Below, piece by piece: positions 1 to 18,539 of a stretch of DNA of 64,000 nucleotides. Under the pieces are notes generated by a model, which was not told the DNA's origin, did not search any database, and saw only the letters and a list, made by a program, of their open reading frames with translations. How positions within the stretch are numbered: the stretch's first letter is position 1; each line of letters begins with the position of its first letter. The position numbers and the translations under genes are program-made. The DNA lies in the NCBI GenBank assembly GCA_964016885.1, contig OZ024742.1, positions 211,792,001 to 211,856,000 on the forward strand, written 5' to 3'. The DNA is from Eledone cirrhosa. Taxonomy: Eukaryota.

Positions 1-892
1 GACGGTGGAATCTCAGATCACAGAGAACCATGTCATGATCAGAGAGTAGAGTTTTCTCCACTGCAATATTGTGGATATTGTCAGTGTGATTGCTGAAAAT
101 TAAGTCTAGGACGTTTTTGTGGCACCTCGTTGGTTCGAGCACTAGTTGGGATAGGAAGAAATCATCCATGAAGTCAAGAAGCGATTCCACAGCTTCCCTG
201 TCAGAGGTTGAGGCAGAAGAACCTGGTGGCAGGGTGTTTGTGGACCAGTCAACTCCGGGGAGGTTGAAGTCCCCCATCATTAAGATGTTGTCAGGGTGAC
301 ACTCTTGGATGAAACACTTTATGCTGTTGAGGCATTCCTTGAAGCATGGTACAGGCGTTTGGGGTGGCCTATAGAGCCCAACTACTAATAGGTTGTTGGT
401 TTGACTGAATACAGTGACTGCCTCACAGTATCCATTAGTGAATATGTTCATAGCCTCTGTTGAGAAAGAATTATGGACATAAATGGCAGTTCCGCCCTTT
501 CTTCTGCCAGCGCGATCAGCACGGATGGCTTTGAAATTTTTCACTTTCACCTCGGCTTCCAAGTGGAGGTTACTGAGATGGGTTTCAGTGAGGACGAAGA
601 AAGGGATGTGGTTTGGATGGACATCAATCCAGTCCTCCAGGAATTTGATCTTCCATTTTTGAGTATTGGTGGAAGGGCTGATGCCTTGGGCGTTAAGCAA
701 AAATGTAGAGGCGAGAGTGGATGGTTTTAATTGTTTTGGTGTGTTGTTAATTTGTTTGTTTGTTAATGGCAGCAATGGGAGTTTGTGCAGTGGGGTGATA
801 GTGGAGGGTGGTGCTGGGTGATAGCTCGAATGTTTTTTTCCAGTTCTTTTGCCAGATTCATTATGGCTAAAAAAGAGGAAGAAGTTTCCTGT
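1..892 (-). CDS. LINE ORF2 N-terminus, AP-like endonuclease (partial)
   Basis: Manual translation: LLNAQG..VLTETHL..RADRAGRRKGGTAIYV..LVVGLYRPP..MGDFNLPGVDW..QLVLEPTR..VLDLIFSN..LSDHDMV. No stop from 892 to the window edge, which probably explains its absence from the ORF track. Confidence 0.9.
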
Positions 893-1895
893 TTAGAAGA
901 CTGTTGGTGACTGTGGTAGTGGTTATTTTTATGTAGGTTATGGTTTTTGTTTTTGCTTTTATTTTTAATTTTATTTTCATTTATCCGACGGGTCCCCGGG
1001 AGATGGGTAAAGAGACAATCCCGGTCTAAACACAATCTGTCTCGCAGGGAAAAACGGCAGATTTGTGGATTCCTTGTTTGGTGTTAAATTAGAGTATGTA
1101 TTATGGTGGTGGCTGTTTGTGGGGATAGATCGTTTTGTCCTAGGTAAATGGGTGAATTTGCAGCCACTATCCGTACATATTCTATAGCGTAGAGAGTAGC
1201 GGCAAATGATGGGGTTTCGAGTGGGTGGGTATGTGGGTGTGGGTGTTGTGAGAGGTGTAGATGATGGTTTGGGTAGGATTTGACGACCTTTGTGGACTGT
1301 GGGAGGGAGTGTTCTTGTTCTGGTATTAGAAGGTAAATTCCTTGACATAGCAGTAGACAAAAATGTTGTAGTAGTAGTAGTAGGCAGAGATGTTGGCAGT
1401 GGTGATGATTGGACTGCTGGGCCAGAGAAAGGATGTGGCGTTTCATGCTGTGAGACAGAGGCTACTGGGGGGATCAATAGTTTCATTTAGTAGATCGGCC
1501 ATTGTTGATGAATCAAGGAGTGGTTCACACTGTTGTTGTCGTTGTTGTTGTTGTTGCTGTAGCTGTTGTTGTTGTTGTTGTTGTAGCTGTTGTTGTTGTT
1601 GCTGTTGTAGCTGCTGTTGTTGTTGTTGCTGCTGCTGGACAGCATTCGAAGAGAAAACACACCGTAGTTTATCCAAATGTTTATTGATTAATTTAAAAGC
1701 AATTTCGATTTGCTTTAATTTATTTTGAATCTGTTGTTCAGATCGAGTTTTCAAAAATTGAACTGTACGTTTAGCAATGTCGTTCAGAGATGAAGCATCT
1801 ATATTTTCTGTTTGGAAAAGGCAATGCCATGTGTTTATTAGAATGTCGATTTCATTATCAGACCAGTTCTGTTTGGATTTTTGCTGGTTAGCCAT
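763..1895 (-). pseudogene. LINE ORF1 with two frameshifts: Myb/SANT-like N-terminus, polyQ, two CCCH zinc fingers
   Basis: [24 protein letters not shown]; a Q-run; TRNPIICRYSLRYRICTDSGCKFTH and TRNPQICRFSLRDRLCLDRDCLFTH (C-x8-C-x4-C-x3-H) in successive frames. Confidence 0.75.
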
Positions 1896-1928
1896 TCTAG
1901 TTTTGAGTGTGTGTGTGTTTTAGTTATT

Positions 1929-5005
<3,077 letters not shown>

Positions 5006-5159
5006 GGTGGCTGCCAACTCGTTTTCGAGTACGGCCACTACTTTATATCCATGTAGGAGAACCCTTACCGATGCGCTGAACGAGTGTGACTTTTTAGTCC
5101 AGCCAGAGACTTGAAAACTCTGGTACAAACACTACACTTGTCACAATTATTGACACATA
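5006..5159 (-). mobile_element. 5'-truncated copy of non-autonomous RTE-derived element (3' end)
   Basis: Near-identical to 10855-11008 and 17597-17749. Encodes a C-terminal C2H2 remnant [17 protein letters not shown]. Confidence 0.75.
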
Positions 5160-7356
<2,197 letters not shown>

Positions 7357-7399
7357 AAATAACAACAAAGAGCGCTTAGAACATAGGTATATCTTTAAT

Positions 7400-7445
7400 T
7401 GCTAACAGTGTTTCGTCCACACTAGAAGTGGGACTCTTCAGAGCA
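7400..7445 (-). ncRNA. Minimal type I hammerhead ribozyme
   Basis: Reverse complement of 7846-7891. Confidence 0.75.
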
Positions 7446-7845
7446 TAAAGAGTAAATACATAGTATACAAGCATTGACAAAGCCAAAACAGAAGAATATA
7501 TGTGGGGATACCATAAGTTGGGAGGAGTTTAAAGAGTAAAGTAAAAGGAGTAAAATAAAAGGAGAAGAGTAAAATAAAAATATAGGATTAAGAAAAGAAT
7601 AAGATTAAGAATAAAAATATTTTTTATTTTTTTATTTTTATTTTTTATTTTTTATTTTTATTATTATTCTTATTTTTATTTTTATTCTTAATCTTTTTAA
7701 TTCTTAATCCTATATTTTTATTTTACTCTTCTTTTATTTTACTCCTTTTACTTTACTCTTTAAACTCCTCCCAACTTATGGTATCCCCACATATATTCTT
7801 CTGTTTGGCTTTGTCAATGCTTGTATACTATGTATTTACTCTTTA

Positions 7846-7891
7846 TGCTCTGAAGAGTCCCACTTCTAGTGTGGACGAAACACTGTTAGCA
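7846..7891 (+). ncRNA. Minimal type I hammerhead ribozyme
   Basis: tgct-CTGAAGA-gtcc(cacttctagtgt)ggac-GAAA-cactg-TT-agca. Stem I tgct/agca, stem II gtcc/ggac, predicted GUU cleavage site. Confidence 0.78.
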
Positions 7892-8021
7892 ATTAAAAAT
7901 ATACCTATGTTCTAAGCGCTCTTTGTTGTTATTTATATTACGGCTCTGTCCTCTGACATTGAGCTAACCATATACTGCCTATTTGATAAGTGGAGTGTTA
8001 CACACTCCCAATTCTCTCCCT

Positions 8022-8060
8022 TATATATATATATATACATATATATATATACATATATAC

Positions 8061-8111
<51 letters not shown>

Positions 8112-8402
8112 CATATATATATACATATATATATATATACATATAATATATATACATATATACATATACACATATACATATACACATATACATATATACA
8201 TATACACATATACATATATATATATATACATATATATATATACATATACACATATATATATATACATATATATATATACACATATATATATACACATATA
8301 TATATAGCACATATATATACATATATATATATACATATATATATATATACATATATATATACACATATATATATACACATATATATACATATATATATAT
8401 AC

Positions 8403-8451
<49 letters not shown>

Positions 8452-8774
8452 TATATATACACATATATATATACACACATATATATATACACATATATAT
8501 ATACACATATATATATACACATATATATATATACATATATATATATACATATATATATATACACATATATATATACACATATATATATACACATATATAT
8601 ATACACATATATATATATACACATATATATATATACATATATATATACATATATATATATACATATATATATATACATATATATATATATACATATATAT
8701 ATATACATATATATATACATATATATATACATATATATATATATACATATATATATATACATATATATATATAC

Positions 8775-8805
<31 letters not shown>

Positions 8806-8852
8806 CATATATATACATATATATACATATATACATATATATACATATATAC

Positions 8853-8925
<73 letters not shown>

Positions 8926-9272
8926 CATATATACATATATATATATACATATATACATATACATATATACATATATACATATATATATATACATATATAT
9001 ATATACATATATATATATACATATATATATATATACATATATATATACATATATATATACATATATATATACATATATATATATATTCATATATATATAT
9101 TCATATATATATATACATATATATATATACATATATATATACATATATATATATACATATATATATACATATATATATACATATATATATATACATATAT
9201 ATATATACATATATATATATACATATATATATATACATATATATATATACATATATACATATATATATATAC

Positions 9273-9335
<63 letters not shown>

Positions 9336-9742
9336 CATATATATATACATACATATATATATATACATACATATATATATACATACATATATATATACAT
9401 ACATATATATATATACATACATACATATATACATACATATATATATATATACATACATACATATATATATACATACATATATATATACATACATATATAT
9501 ATACATACATATATATATATATATATATACATACATACATATATATATATACACATATATATATATACATACATATATATATATATATACATACATATAT
9601 ATATATAAATACATATATATATATATATACATATCTATATACATATATATATATATACATATATATACATATCTATATACATACATATATATATATATAT
9701 ACATACATATCTATATACATACATATCTATATATACATACAT
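8022..9742. repeat. ~1.7-kb (TA)n/(TACA)n array
   Basis: Seen directly. Confidence 0.99.
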
Positions 9743-9745
9743 ATC

Positions 9746-9789
9746 TTGCAAGCAGGGAAAAAGCGGACGTAAAATGAAATGATGATGAT
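9746..9789 (+). mobile_element. Extreme 3' end of RTE LINE with (TGA)n tail
   Basis: cttgcaagcagggaaaaagcggacgtaaaatgaaatgatgatga matches 51857-51900 and, inverted, 50056-50113. Confidence 0.75.
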
Positions 9790-9819
9790 ATCTATATACA
9801 TACATATATATATATATAT

Positions 9820-10700
9820 GAATAAAGTGGTCCTTCATCAGTGATCTTCCAACCATCATCGGTATTTCTTCGCTTTAAAGACCATATACCTCCAGCTGGT
9901 GCGAGCAACGGCTAAAGAAAGTCGTTGGGACATGTAAATAAAGGGAACAGCGAGAGTGTAAACAAACAAAGATGGTGAAGCAACGAAAAGTGAGGAAGAG
10001 CGAGTCAAGTCCAAAAATTACCCTGAATATAAGTTCGGTGAAATCGTGAGCGAGAGAGAATAACGACCATCAAACCTGCACCTCCGCAACATGTTTATTC
10101 TCATATTTACACATATTCTTTTCTCCCGCTGTGACCCGTCTATTTCGTTCATACTGCTTACTCTTTCTCTGTATCTTTACCCTCTCTAACCGTCACTCTC
10201 TCTGTTAGCCTCTTCCTCACCCTTCACTCACTCACTCTCTGTTACTACCTCTCCTCCTCCTCCTTCTCGTTTGACCTGTGCGTAATTCTTTTCTTTCGCA
10301 CGCTTGGCCAGGCCGGTCGGCATTTTTTCTCTCTCTCGTCTACGATTTCACAGAACTTATGTTTACCGAATTCACAGACTAGACCCCTTCTTCCTCCCGT
10401 TAGGACCTGTGCGAAATCCCTTCCTTGCTCACATTTCAACCAGGTTTGATGGTCTTTATTCTCTCTCGTTCACGATTTCACCGAACTTATATTAATGGAA
10501 ATTTTTGGACTTGACTTGCTCTTCCTCACTTTTCGTTGCTTCACCATCTTTGTTTGTTTACACTCTCGCTGTTCCCTTTATTTACATGTCCCAACGACTT
10601 TCTTTAGCCGTTGCTCGCACCAACCGGAGGTATATGGTCTTTAAAGCGAAGAAATACCAATGATGGTTGGAAGATCACTGATGAAGGACCACTTTATTCA
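9820..10700. mobile_element. Foldback element with ~240-bp inverted arms in (TA)n; probably Penelope pseudo-LTR derived
   Basis: 9820-10062 is the reverse complement of 10457-10700. The arms end in CTGATGA-aggac..., a possible truncated hammerhead. Confidence 0.7.
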
Positions 10701-10762
10701 TATGTAACCCATTTGCAACTCCGCAGCACGTTTATTCTCATATATATATATACATACATATC

Positions 10763-10794
<32 letters not shown>

Positions 10795-10818
10795 CATATA
10801 TATACATACATATATACA

Positions 10819-10849
<31 letters not shown>

Positions 10850-10854
10850 ATATT

Positions 10855-11417
10855 GTGGCTGCCAACTCGTTTTCGAGTACGGCCACTACTTTATATCCAT
10901 GTAGGAGAACCCCTACTGATGCGCTGAACAAGTGTGACTTTTTAGTCCAGCCAGCGACTTGAAAACTCTGGTACAAACACTACACCTGTGACAATTATTG
11001 ACACATAGTGCTGGGCCCATGGTACCATGTGACGACAAGTGCAGAGAGATCTCCAGATACAAAGCAATGGCTGTGCCGTGAAGCTTTTATAGTGAGCAAA
11101 GGCACTGCACAAAGCCAGTCCCACTCTCTTAACCAAGATGATATTTACCAAAAAGAAGAACAAGTCAACATCATTGGATACCATCAGGGTTGCAGGTGTT
11201 ATATCAGAGTTTTCCTTCTCCTAGAATTCTGCCTTGACAAAGGCAAAGGGGTCATCTCTCCCGGTGATTTTGGATGGCCATTGACTCTTACGAGCTCCTT
11301 TGCCCTTTGACAGGTTTTGTTTTTAGTCCTGCAGGATGTCCAAAGTCACCCTCCTCACCAAGAAACCTTGGTGGGGTTGTCAGTTTAGTCGCCAACGACC
11401 CGACCATGAGACAGGTT
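10855..11417 (-). mobile_element. Non-autonomous RTE-derived element, cut at its 5' end by the Penelope-like element
   Basis: Highly similar to 17597-18159. Similarity stops at gacaggtt, where the pseudo-LTR starts. Confidence 0.8.
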
Positions 11418-11510
11418 CAATATCACACATCAATCTAAAACTACTTTTCATATGTTGATTTAAGACTGCACTATTCACAAGTGTGTTTTAACCTTCATAT
11501 CATGTCTCCC

Positions 11511-11581
11511 TATTTTATCTGACGAAAACGCCAAAGTTTTTGCATGATGATGTTTGTTTTTGAAATGCGCATAATAAAATA
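11511..11581 (+). ncRNA. Type I hammerhead ribozyme in left pseudo-LTR
   Basis: tattttat-CTGACGA-aaac...gttttt-GAAA-tgcgca-TA-ataaaata. 8-bp stem I, palindromic stem III ATGCGCAT, AUA site. Confidence 0.8.
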
Positions 11582-11787
11582 CATGGAACTCTTTTAACCA
11601 TCTTTTGATCTTATATATTATTTATACTCCAGTCCCACAAACTGTAGAGTGCTACTTATCCGATATCTGCATTGCTTTATTGTACTACAATAAAACTCAC
11701 CTCCTACATTAACTTGCTCCTTAACGGTTGAGCGCTAACTCTCATATTGGATACCTTTTGATGGTCCTTTACCTTTTCTTCTACAAC

Positions 11788-14163
11788 ATGAATTATTACA
11801 ACATAACCAATTCAACTAAAGACATTCCTATACCTGGTAAATCTGAATTCACCAAACTTCTAATAGAAAAAACTGACTCCTTTGTAAGAAGGCTTAGATG
11901 GATAGCTTATTTCTATGACCAGTGCCTAAAAGGGAACTTCTATACCAAGGAACATAACTTCCTCGATCATCTATTTAATTCTAGAAGAAATCCTCCTTCC
12001 AACAAAAATCTAGTGCAATTTGAGGAGGAGTTAACTAACATTATAAAAAATCTTAAATTCAAGAGAAACCCTTACAGAGGACAAGAGCACCTTGTAAATC
12101 TCAAGAACACAATTTCAAACCTAAATTCCTCAAACAATGTTTTAGTCCACTCTGACAAAACCAATAATTTATATGGTATTTCCAAGGATAACTATAACAA
12201 CCTTATCCTAAAGGAACTTAAGAAAAAATATCGCAAAACCAACCATGATAATTTAGAATCCATAAACTTTGAAGCTTCTGAGATTGTCAAAACTTGGCAT
12301 CGGAAAAAAGACCGAACCATTCCTCCCAAGAACTCCGAGGATAAATCTCAAGGATCACAAAAACAATTTTCGTACTGAACTACCTGTTAGACTAATCGCC
12401 CCCTCTAAATCAGATTTGGGGGTTGTTCGCAAAGCCATCTTGGATAGAATTATCCCACAGGTTCGTTCTAATTGCTCTTCTTTGAACTTAAATTTATGGT
12501 TTGGTACTTCTGAAGTGATTGGCTGGTTCAACAAATTGAATAAGAAAAATAAACAAAAATTTATTCAATTTGATATTGCCAGCTACTATTCTTCTATTTC
12601 GCCCTCACTTCTCAACAATGCTCCATCTTTCGCTTACAAATATTCAGACATCACCACAGATGAACTTCACATCATTCTCACCGCACGTAAAACCATCCTA
12701 GAGTTCAACAATGAATATTGGACCAGAGCTGATACCTCTAACAACTTTGACATCACAATGGGAGCATCCGATTCATCCCAATTGACAGATTTAATTGGTA
12801 TCTTTATTTTGAACTCTTTCAATCGGAAAATTCCTCAACCTCGTGGTGGAATTTGTCGTGACGATGGACTCTTTACTATCTTAAATTGCAACATAGTTAA
12901 CCTTAATATTATTAAGAACAATATACGTAATCTCTTTAACCAACATAACTTAAAAATTGAATTTGATAACAGCATCAAACTAGCTAATTTCTTGGATGTA
13001 TCTCTTAATCTTGACACTGGCCTATATTACCCTTACCATAAAAACAATGAGAACCTAAATTATGTTAATTTTAAATCTAACCACCCCAATAATATTAAGA
13101 ATGCTATAGTTCGTAATATTGGAAAAAGAATATCTAACCTATCTTCTAATAAAACATCTTTGATGCTAACGCCAATTACTATAATAACGCGCTTTCTAAA
13201 GCCGGTTATCCTGATAAAATTAAATATAGTAAAGAAACAAATTCTAGAATAATTAATCATGATCATTCCAATAAAAGACCTAGATACAAAAACATAATCT
13301 GGTATAATGCTCCTTTCTCCATCTCTATTAATAATAATATTCCTAAATTATTCTTTAGTGCCTTAAATAAATGCTTCCCTCCCTCACATATCTATAGTAA
13401 AATATTTAACAAACACACTATAAAATTTTCCTATTCGACCTCCTCCAACATCTCCAACATTATCTCTAAACACAACAATAAAATACTAAATACTAAATCT
13501 CTTCCTTCCAACACTGAATATCATAATAATAGTAATAGTACTCCCGACGTCATTGTTAACTCTAGGCTAATTTCTCCAAACCCGAATACAACGTCAAACG
13601 CAACTTCGCTAAATGTTCTTAATCCCATTCTAAATCAAGAAACTATTATTCCTATCGTAAATAACTTCTCCAATCCAATCCCTTCTATAGATAATACTAG
13701 GTCACTTGTTAATAACTCTGTTAATCTCTCTAATCGCAATTGCCCTGTTAAAAATAAATGTCCTCTCAACAACCATTGTCTTGAAAAAAACTTAATCTAC
13801 GAATGTAAAGTTATAACTGACACCAATTCCTTTACCTATTTTGGCTCCACTTCCACCTCCTTTAAAGCTCGTCTTTATAATCATCATTCGTCTTTTAAAT
13901 ACCAACTTAAAAGAACCAACACGGCACTCTCAGAACTCATATGGTCCTTGAAAGACAAAAATATTAACTATAACATCTCTTGGAAGAAGGTTTCTTCTGC
14001 TTCTCCATACTTGAACAGTTCTCTATCCAAGACATGCAATCTCTGTTTATGTGAACAATTTACCATTATATCTAATTTAGATTCTATAATAAATAGACGC
14101 ACTGGCTTATTTTCTCTCTGCTTGCATAAATTCCACAGAACATTCCATAAAGTATACAGCTAA
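11788..14163 (+). pseudogene. Penelope-like RT + GIY-YIG endonuclease (frameshifts near 12290 and 13155)
   Basis: STKDIPIP..RRLRWIAYF, SDKTNN, LKDHKNNF..VRLI, FDIASYYSSI, MGASDS, GICRDDGL (YRDD altered), FLDV, IIWYNAPF, KIFNKHTIKFSYS, CPLNNHCLEKNLIYEC..YFGST..FKARLYNH, CNLCLCE..CLH. Confidence 0.92.
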
Positions 14164-15126
14164 TATCTAATACTTTATCAATTTAAAATCCTTTTCTCAA
14201 AGGCACATACATATATATATATACATATATATTTCTTTAAAAATATACCCATCTTTCTACCTTATTTCAATGTTATTTATTATACATTATATAATACTAG
14301 TTACTCATTCTATATCACTCCTATTTATCACTTCCCTTTCTTTCTTTTTTCCTTTTTCTTTTCTTTTTTTCTTTTTCTTTTAATTTCTAACCTTTTCTTC
14401 CTAGATACTTCTCAATTATCATTGTGCCTAACGTAGAAACAATTATTACACAGCACAATATATTCTTACTTTATAGCACCCTGAAAAAATCCTTCGTAAA
14501 CATAAACATTATTTTGACGTTAGATTATTCATCCTCAATTCATTATTTTTTTCTCCCTTTCATGCTCATCTAACTTCTACATATAACACTTATTCATCCA
14601 ATCTACTTCTTTCACAATATATCCTTACTTACATTACTATTGCTATATTTTTTTTTTTTTAATAATACATACCAACAATTTCTTTCCATCGCACATATTA
14701 TTAAACCCTTAAATATTATTCTTAATACATATTAACAATTTCTTTTCATCGCACATATTATTAAACCCTTAAATATACAAACCTTAACTTAACATTATTA
14801 TAAATCTCAAGGATAATTCGTTAATTTACAAATTCTTTTAATTCATATTATCTTCCAACGGTTTTTCAACCTCTCTATGTAAAACAATATATTTTTCTCA
14901 GTTATAAAAGTTATCTCTCTCTCTCTATCACCCATCTATCCTCCTTCCTCATTATACTCCTCCCCCTCCACTTTTTACTCTCATCTCCTCCTCTTTTTCA
15001 TCCTTTTCACCCACCCCCCTCAAAATTTTTTTCCCAATATCACACATCAATCTAAAACTACTTTTCATATGTTGATTTAAGACTGCACTATTCACAAGTG
15101 TGTTTTAACCTTCATATCATGTCTCC

Positions 15127-15199
15127 GTATTTTATCTGACGAAAACGCAAATGTTATTGCATGATGATGTTTGTTTTTGAAATGCGCATAATAAAATAC
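15127..15199 (+). ncRNA. Type I hammerhead ribozyme in right pseudo-LTR
   Basis: Same core as 11511-11581, with a 9-bp stem I gtattttat/ataaaatac. Confidence 0.8.
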
Positions 15200-15237
15200 A
15201 TGGAACTCTTTTAACCATCTTTTGATCTTATATATTA

Positions 15238-16229
15238 CTAGCATTAAAGCCCGGCGTTGCTCGGAGTCATTAAGTTACCAAAGTTAGGTTGCACCACCCA
15301 TTTTATGGCAGCACTTTTTTGTCTGCCAGGCACTGGGTGAATGAATTGCAGACCTGGAAGCAGGAGCTGCGCCAGCAGTGACAATTGTAGTTTCGCCTAT
15401 GGATATTATCTCTGGGCAAAAAAGTGTTGAAATTTATTGTTTCACAGTACTTGCGCAACACGCGCGTAGACGATGCCAGCCGAACAACAGAGCTGCGATG
15501 GAGTTGTTCTGCATGGTTGTCTGTGTGTTTTCTAAATTTAAGACAGTAGGGAGGGTTGTGATATGAGGGAGAGTTAGCTGTTGTTTCTAGCAGGTTTAGT
15601 GACCTCATAGATGATATGTGTTTTCTAAATTTAAGACAGTAGGGAGTGGTGTGATATGGGGGAGAGTTAGCTGCTGTTTCTAGCAGGTTTAGTGACCTCA
15701 TAGAAGATATGTTTTCTAAATTTAAGACAGTGGGGAGGGGTGTGGTATGGGGGAGAGTTAACTGCTGTTTCTAGCAGGTTTAGTGACCTCATAGAGGATA
15801 TTATTGTTTATCATTATCTATAAAAGGCAGATTGTTGTTGTTGAAGTGAGTGTGTGTTTGTATGCGTTTGGAAAAGAGGTTTTAAAAAAGATTTATCGCT
15901 TGTTGTTGAATAAATGTATCTGTTGCTTTTGAAACGGACAGTATCACCATCAAGCTTGGAAAGACAAAATAGCAGGAAGTATGAAGTTGTATAGATTTTG
16001 AATGGTAGTGGAAAGAGTTTAGCAGTTTAAATGACAGAGAAAAATGGTAAAATATTGAGTTTTATCTACTTTTTGCGTAATTGTGGGCGAAATTGAAAAA
16101 ATGAGATGTGCCAAGACGCAATCGAAACTATTTCGAATACTAAATTGTAAATTTCAATTGAAGAAATTCTATATCGCAGATTTCTATAATAAAGGAGCAT
16201 GACCACACACTGAGCTTTATAGATTATGA
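15238..16229 (-). mobile_element. Non-autonomous Helitron with internal ~93-bp x3 tandem repeat (15524-15800)
   Basis: Minus strand ends in an imperfect hairpin ccgagcaacgccggg..CTAG|T. A|TC-type 5' end lies next to the TA array; its exact position is uncertain. Confidence 0.65.
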
Positions 16230-17596
<1,367 letters not shown>

Positions 17597-18203
17597 GGTG
17601 GCTGCCAACTCGTTTTCGAGTACGGCCACTACTTTATATCCATGTAGGAGAACCCCTACCAATGCGCTGAACGAGTGTGACTTTTAGTCCAGCCAGCGAC
17701 TTGAAAACTCTGGTACAAACACTACACTTGTGACAATTATTGACACATAGTGCTGGGCCCATGGTACCATGTGACGACAAGTGCAGAGAGATCTCCAGAT
17801 ATAAAGCAATGCCTGTGCCGTGAAGCTTTTATAGTGAGCAAAGGCACTGCACAAAGCCAGTCCCACTCTCTTAACCAAGATGATATTTACCAAAAAGAAG
17901 AACAAGTCAACATCATTGGATACCATCAGAGTTGCAGGTGTTATATCAGAGTTTTCCTTCTCCTAGAATTCTGCCTTGACAAAGGCTAAGGGGTCATCTC
18001 TCCCGGTGATTTTGGATGGCCATTGACTCTTAAGAGCTCCTTTGCCCTTTGACAGGTTTTGTTTTTAGTCCTGCAGGATGTCCAAAGTCACCCTCCTCAC
18101 CAAGAAACCTTGGTGGGGTTGCCAGTTTAGTCGCCAACGACCCGACCATGAGACAGGTTGTACTGGGATACATGTTACCAGTAGCACCAACTAGTGACCT
18201 GAC
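17597..18203 (-). mobile_element. Apparently full-length (~607 bp) non-autonomous RTE-derived element flanked by (TA)n on both sides
   Basis: RTE-type 5'UTR motif ctaggagaaggaaaactctga joined to a C2H2-finger remnant and the 3' end ...ctcgaaaacgagttggcagccacc-(AT)n. Confidence 0.75.
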
Positions 18204-18231
18204 ATATATACATATATACATATATATATAC

Positions 18232-18262
<31 letters not shown>

Positions 18263-18264
<2 letters not shown>

Positions 18265-18339
18265 ATATAAGATCAAAAGATGGTTAAAGGAGTTCCATAT
18301 ATTTTATTATGCGCATTTCAAAAACAAACATCATCAAGC
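18263..18339 (-). mobile_element. Inverted partial pseudo-LTR of the same Penelope-like family, running into the gap
   Basis: Reverse complement of about 11543-11620, including the 3' half of the hammerhead. Confidence 0.85.
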
Positions 18340-18539
18340 NNNNNNNNNNNNNNNNNNNNNNNNNNNNNNNNNNNNNNNNNNNNNNNNNNNNNNNNNNNNN
18401 NNNNNNNNNNNNNNNNNNNNNNNNNNNNNNNNNNNNNNNNNNNNNNNNNNNNNNNNNNNNNNNNNNNNNNNNNNNNNNNNNNNNNNNNNNNNNNNNNNNN
18501 NNNNNNNNNNNNNNNNNNNNNNNNNNNNNNNNNNNNNNN
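18340..18539. other. Assembly gap (200 N)
   Basis: N run. Confidence 1.

Larger units (their letters stand above)
1..1915 (-). mobile_element. 5' part of CR1/L2-group LINE (ORF1 + APE domain of ORF2); runs off the left edge
   Basis: ORF1 lies at 1895-763 and an APE endonuclease frame at 892-<1. The 5' end abuts the (TA)n array. Confidence 0.88.
7357..7934. mobile_element. Palindromic Penelope pseudo-LTR-derived element with two inverted hammerheads
   Basis: ~260-bp near-perfect inverted arms (aaataacaacaaagagcgc.../...gcgctctttgttgttattt) with a hammerhead motif in each arm. Confidence 0.8.
11418..15237 (+). mobile_element. Penelope-like retroelement (Naiad-like), near full length, with direct pseudo-LTRs 11418-11620 and 15035-15237
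   Basis: ~200-bp direct repeats flank an RT + GIY-YIG ORF. Confidence 0.93.

Noticed and set aside
11788-14163. Selenocysteine (in-frame TGA) recoding in the Penelope-like ORF
   Set aside because: The breaks are frameshifts; no in-frame TGA was seen in the conserved frames.
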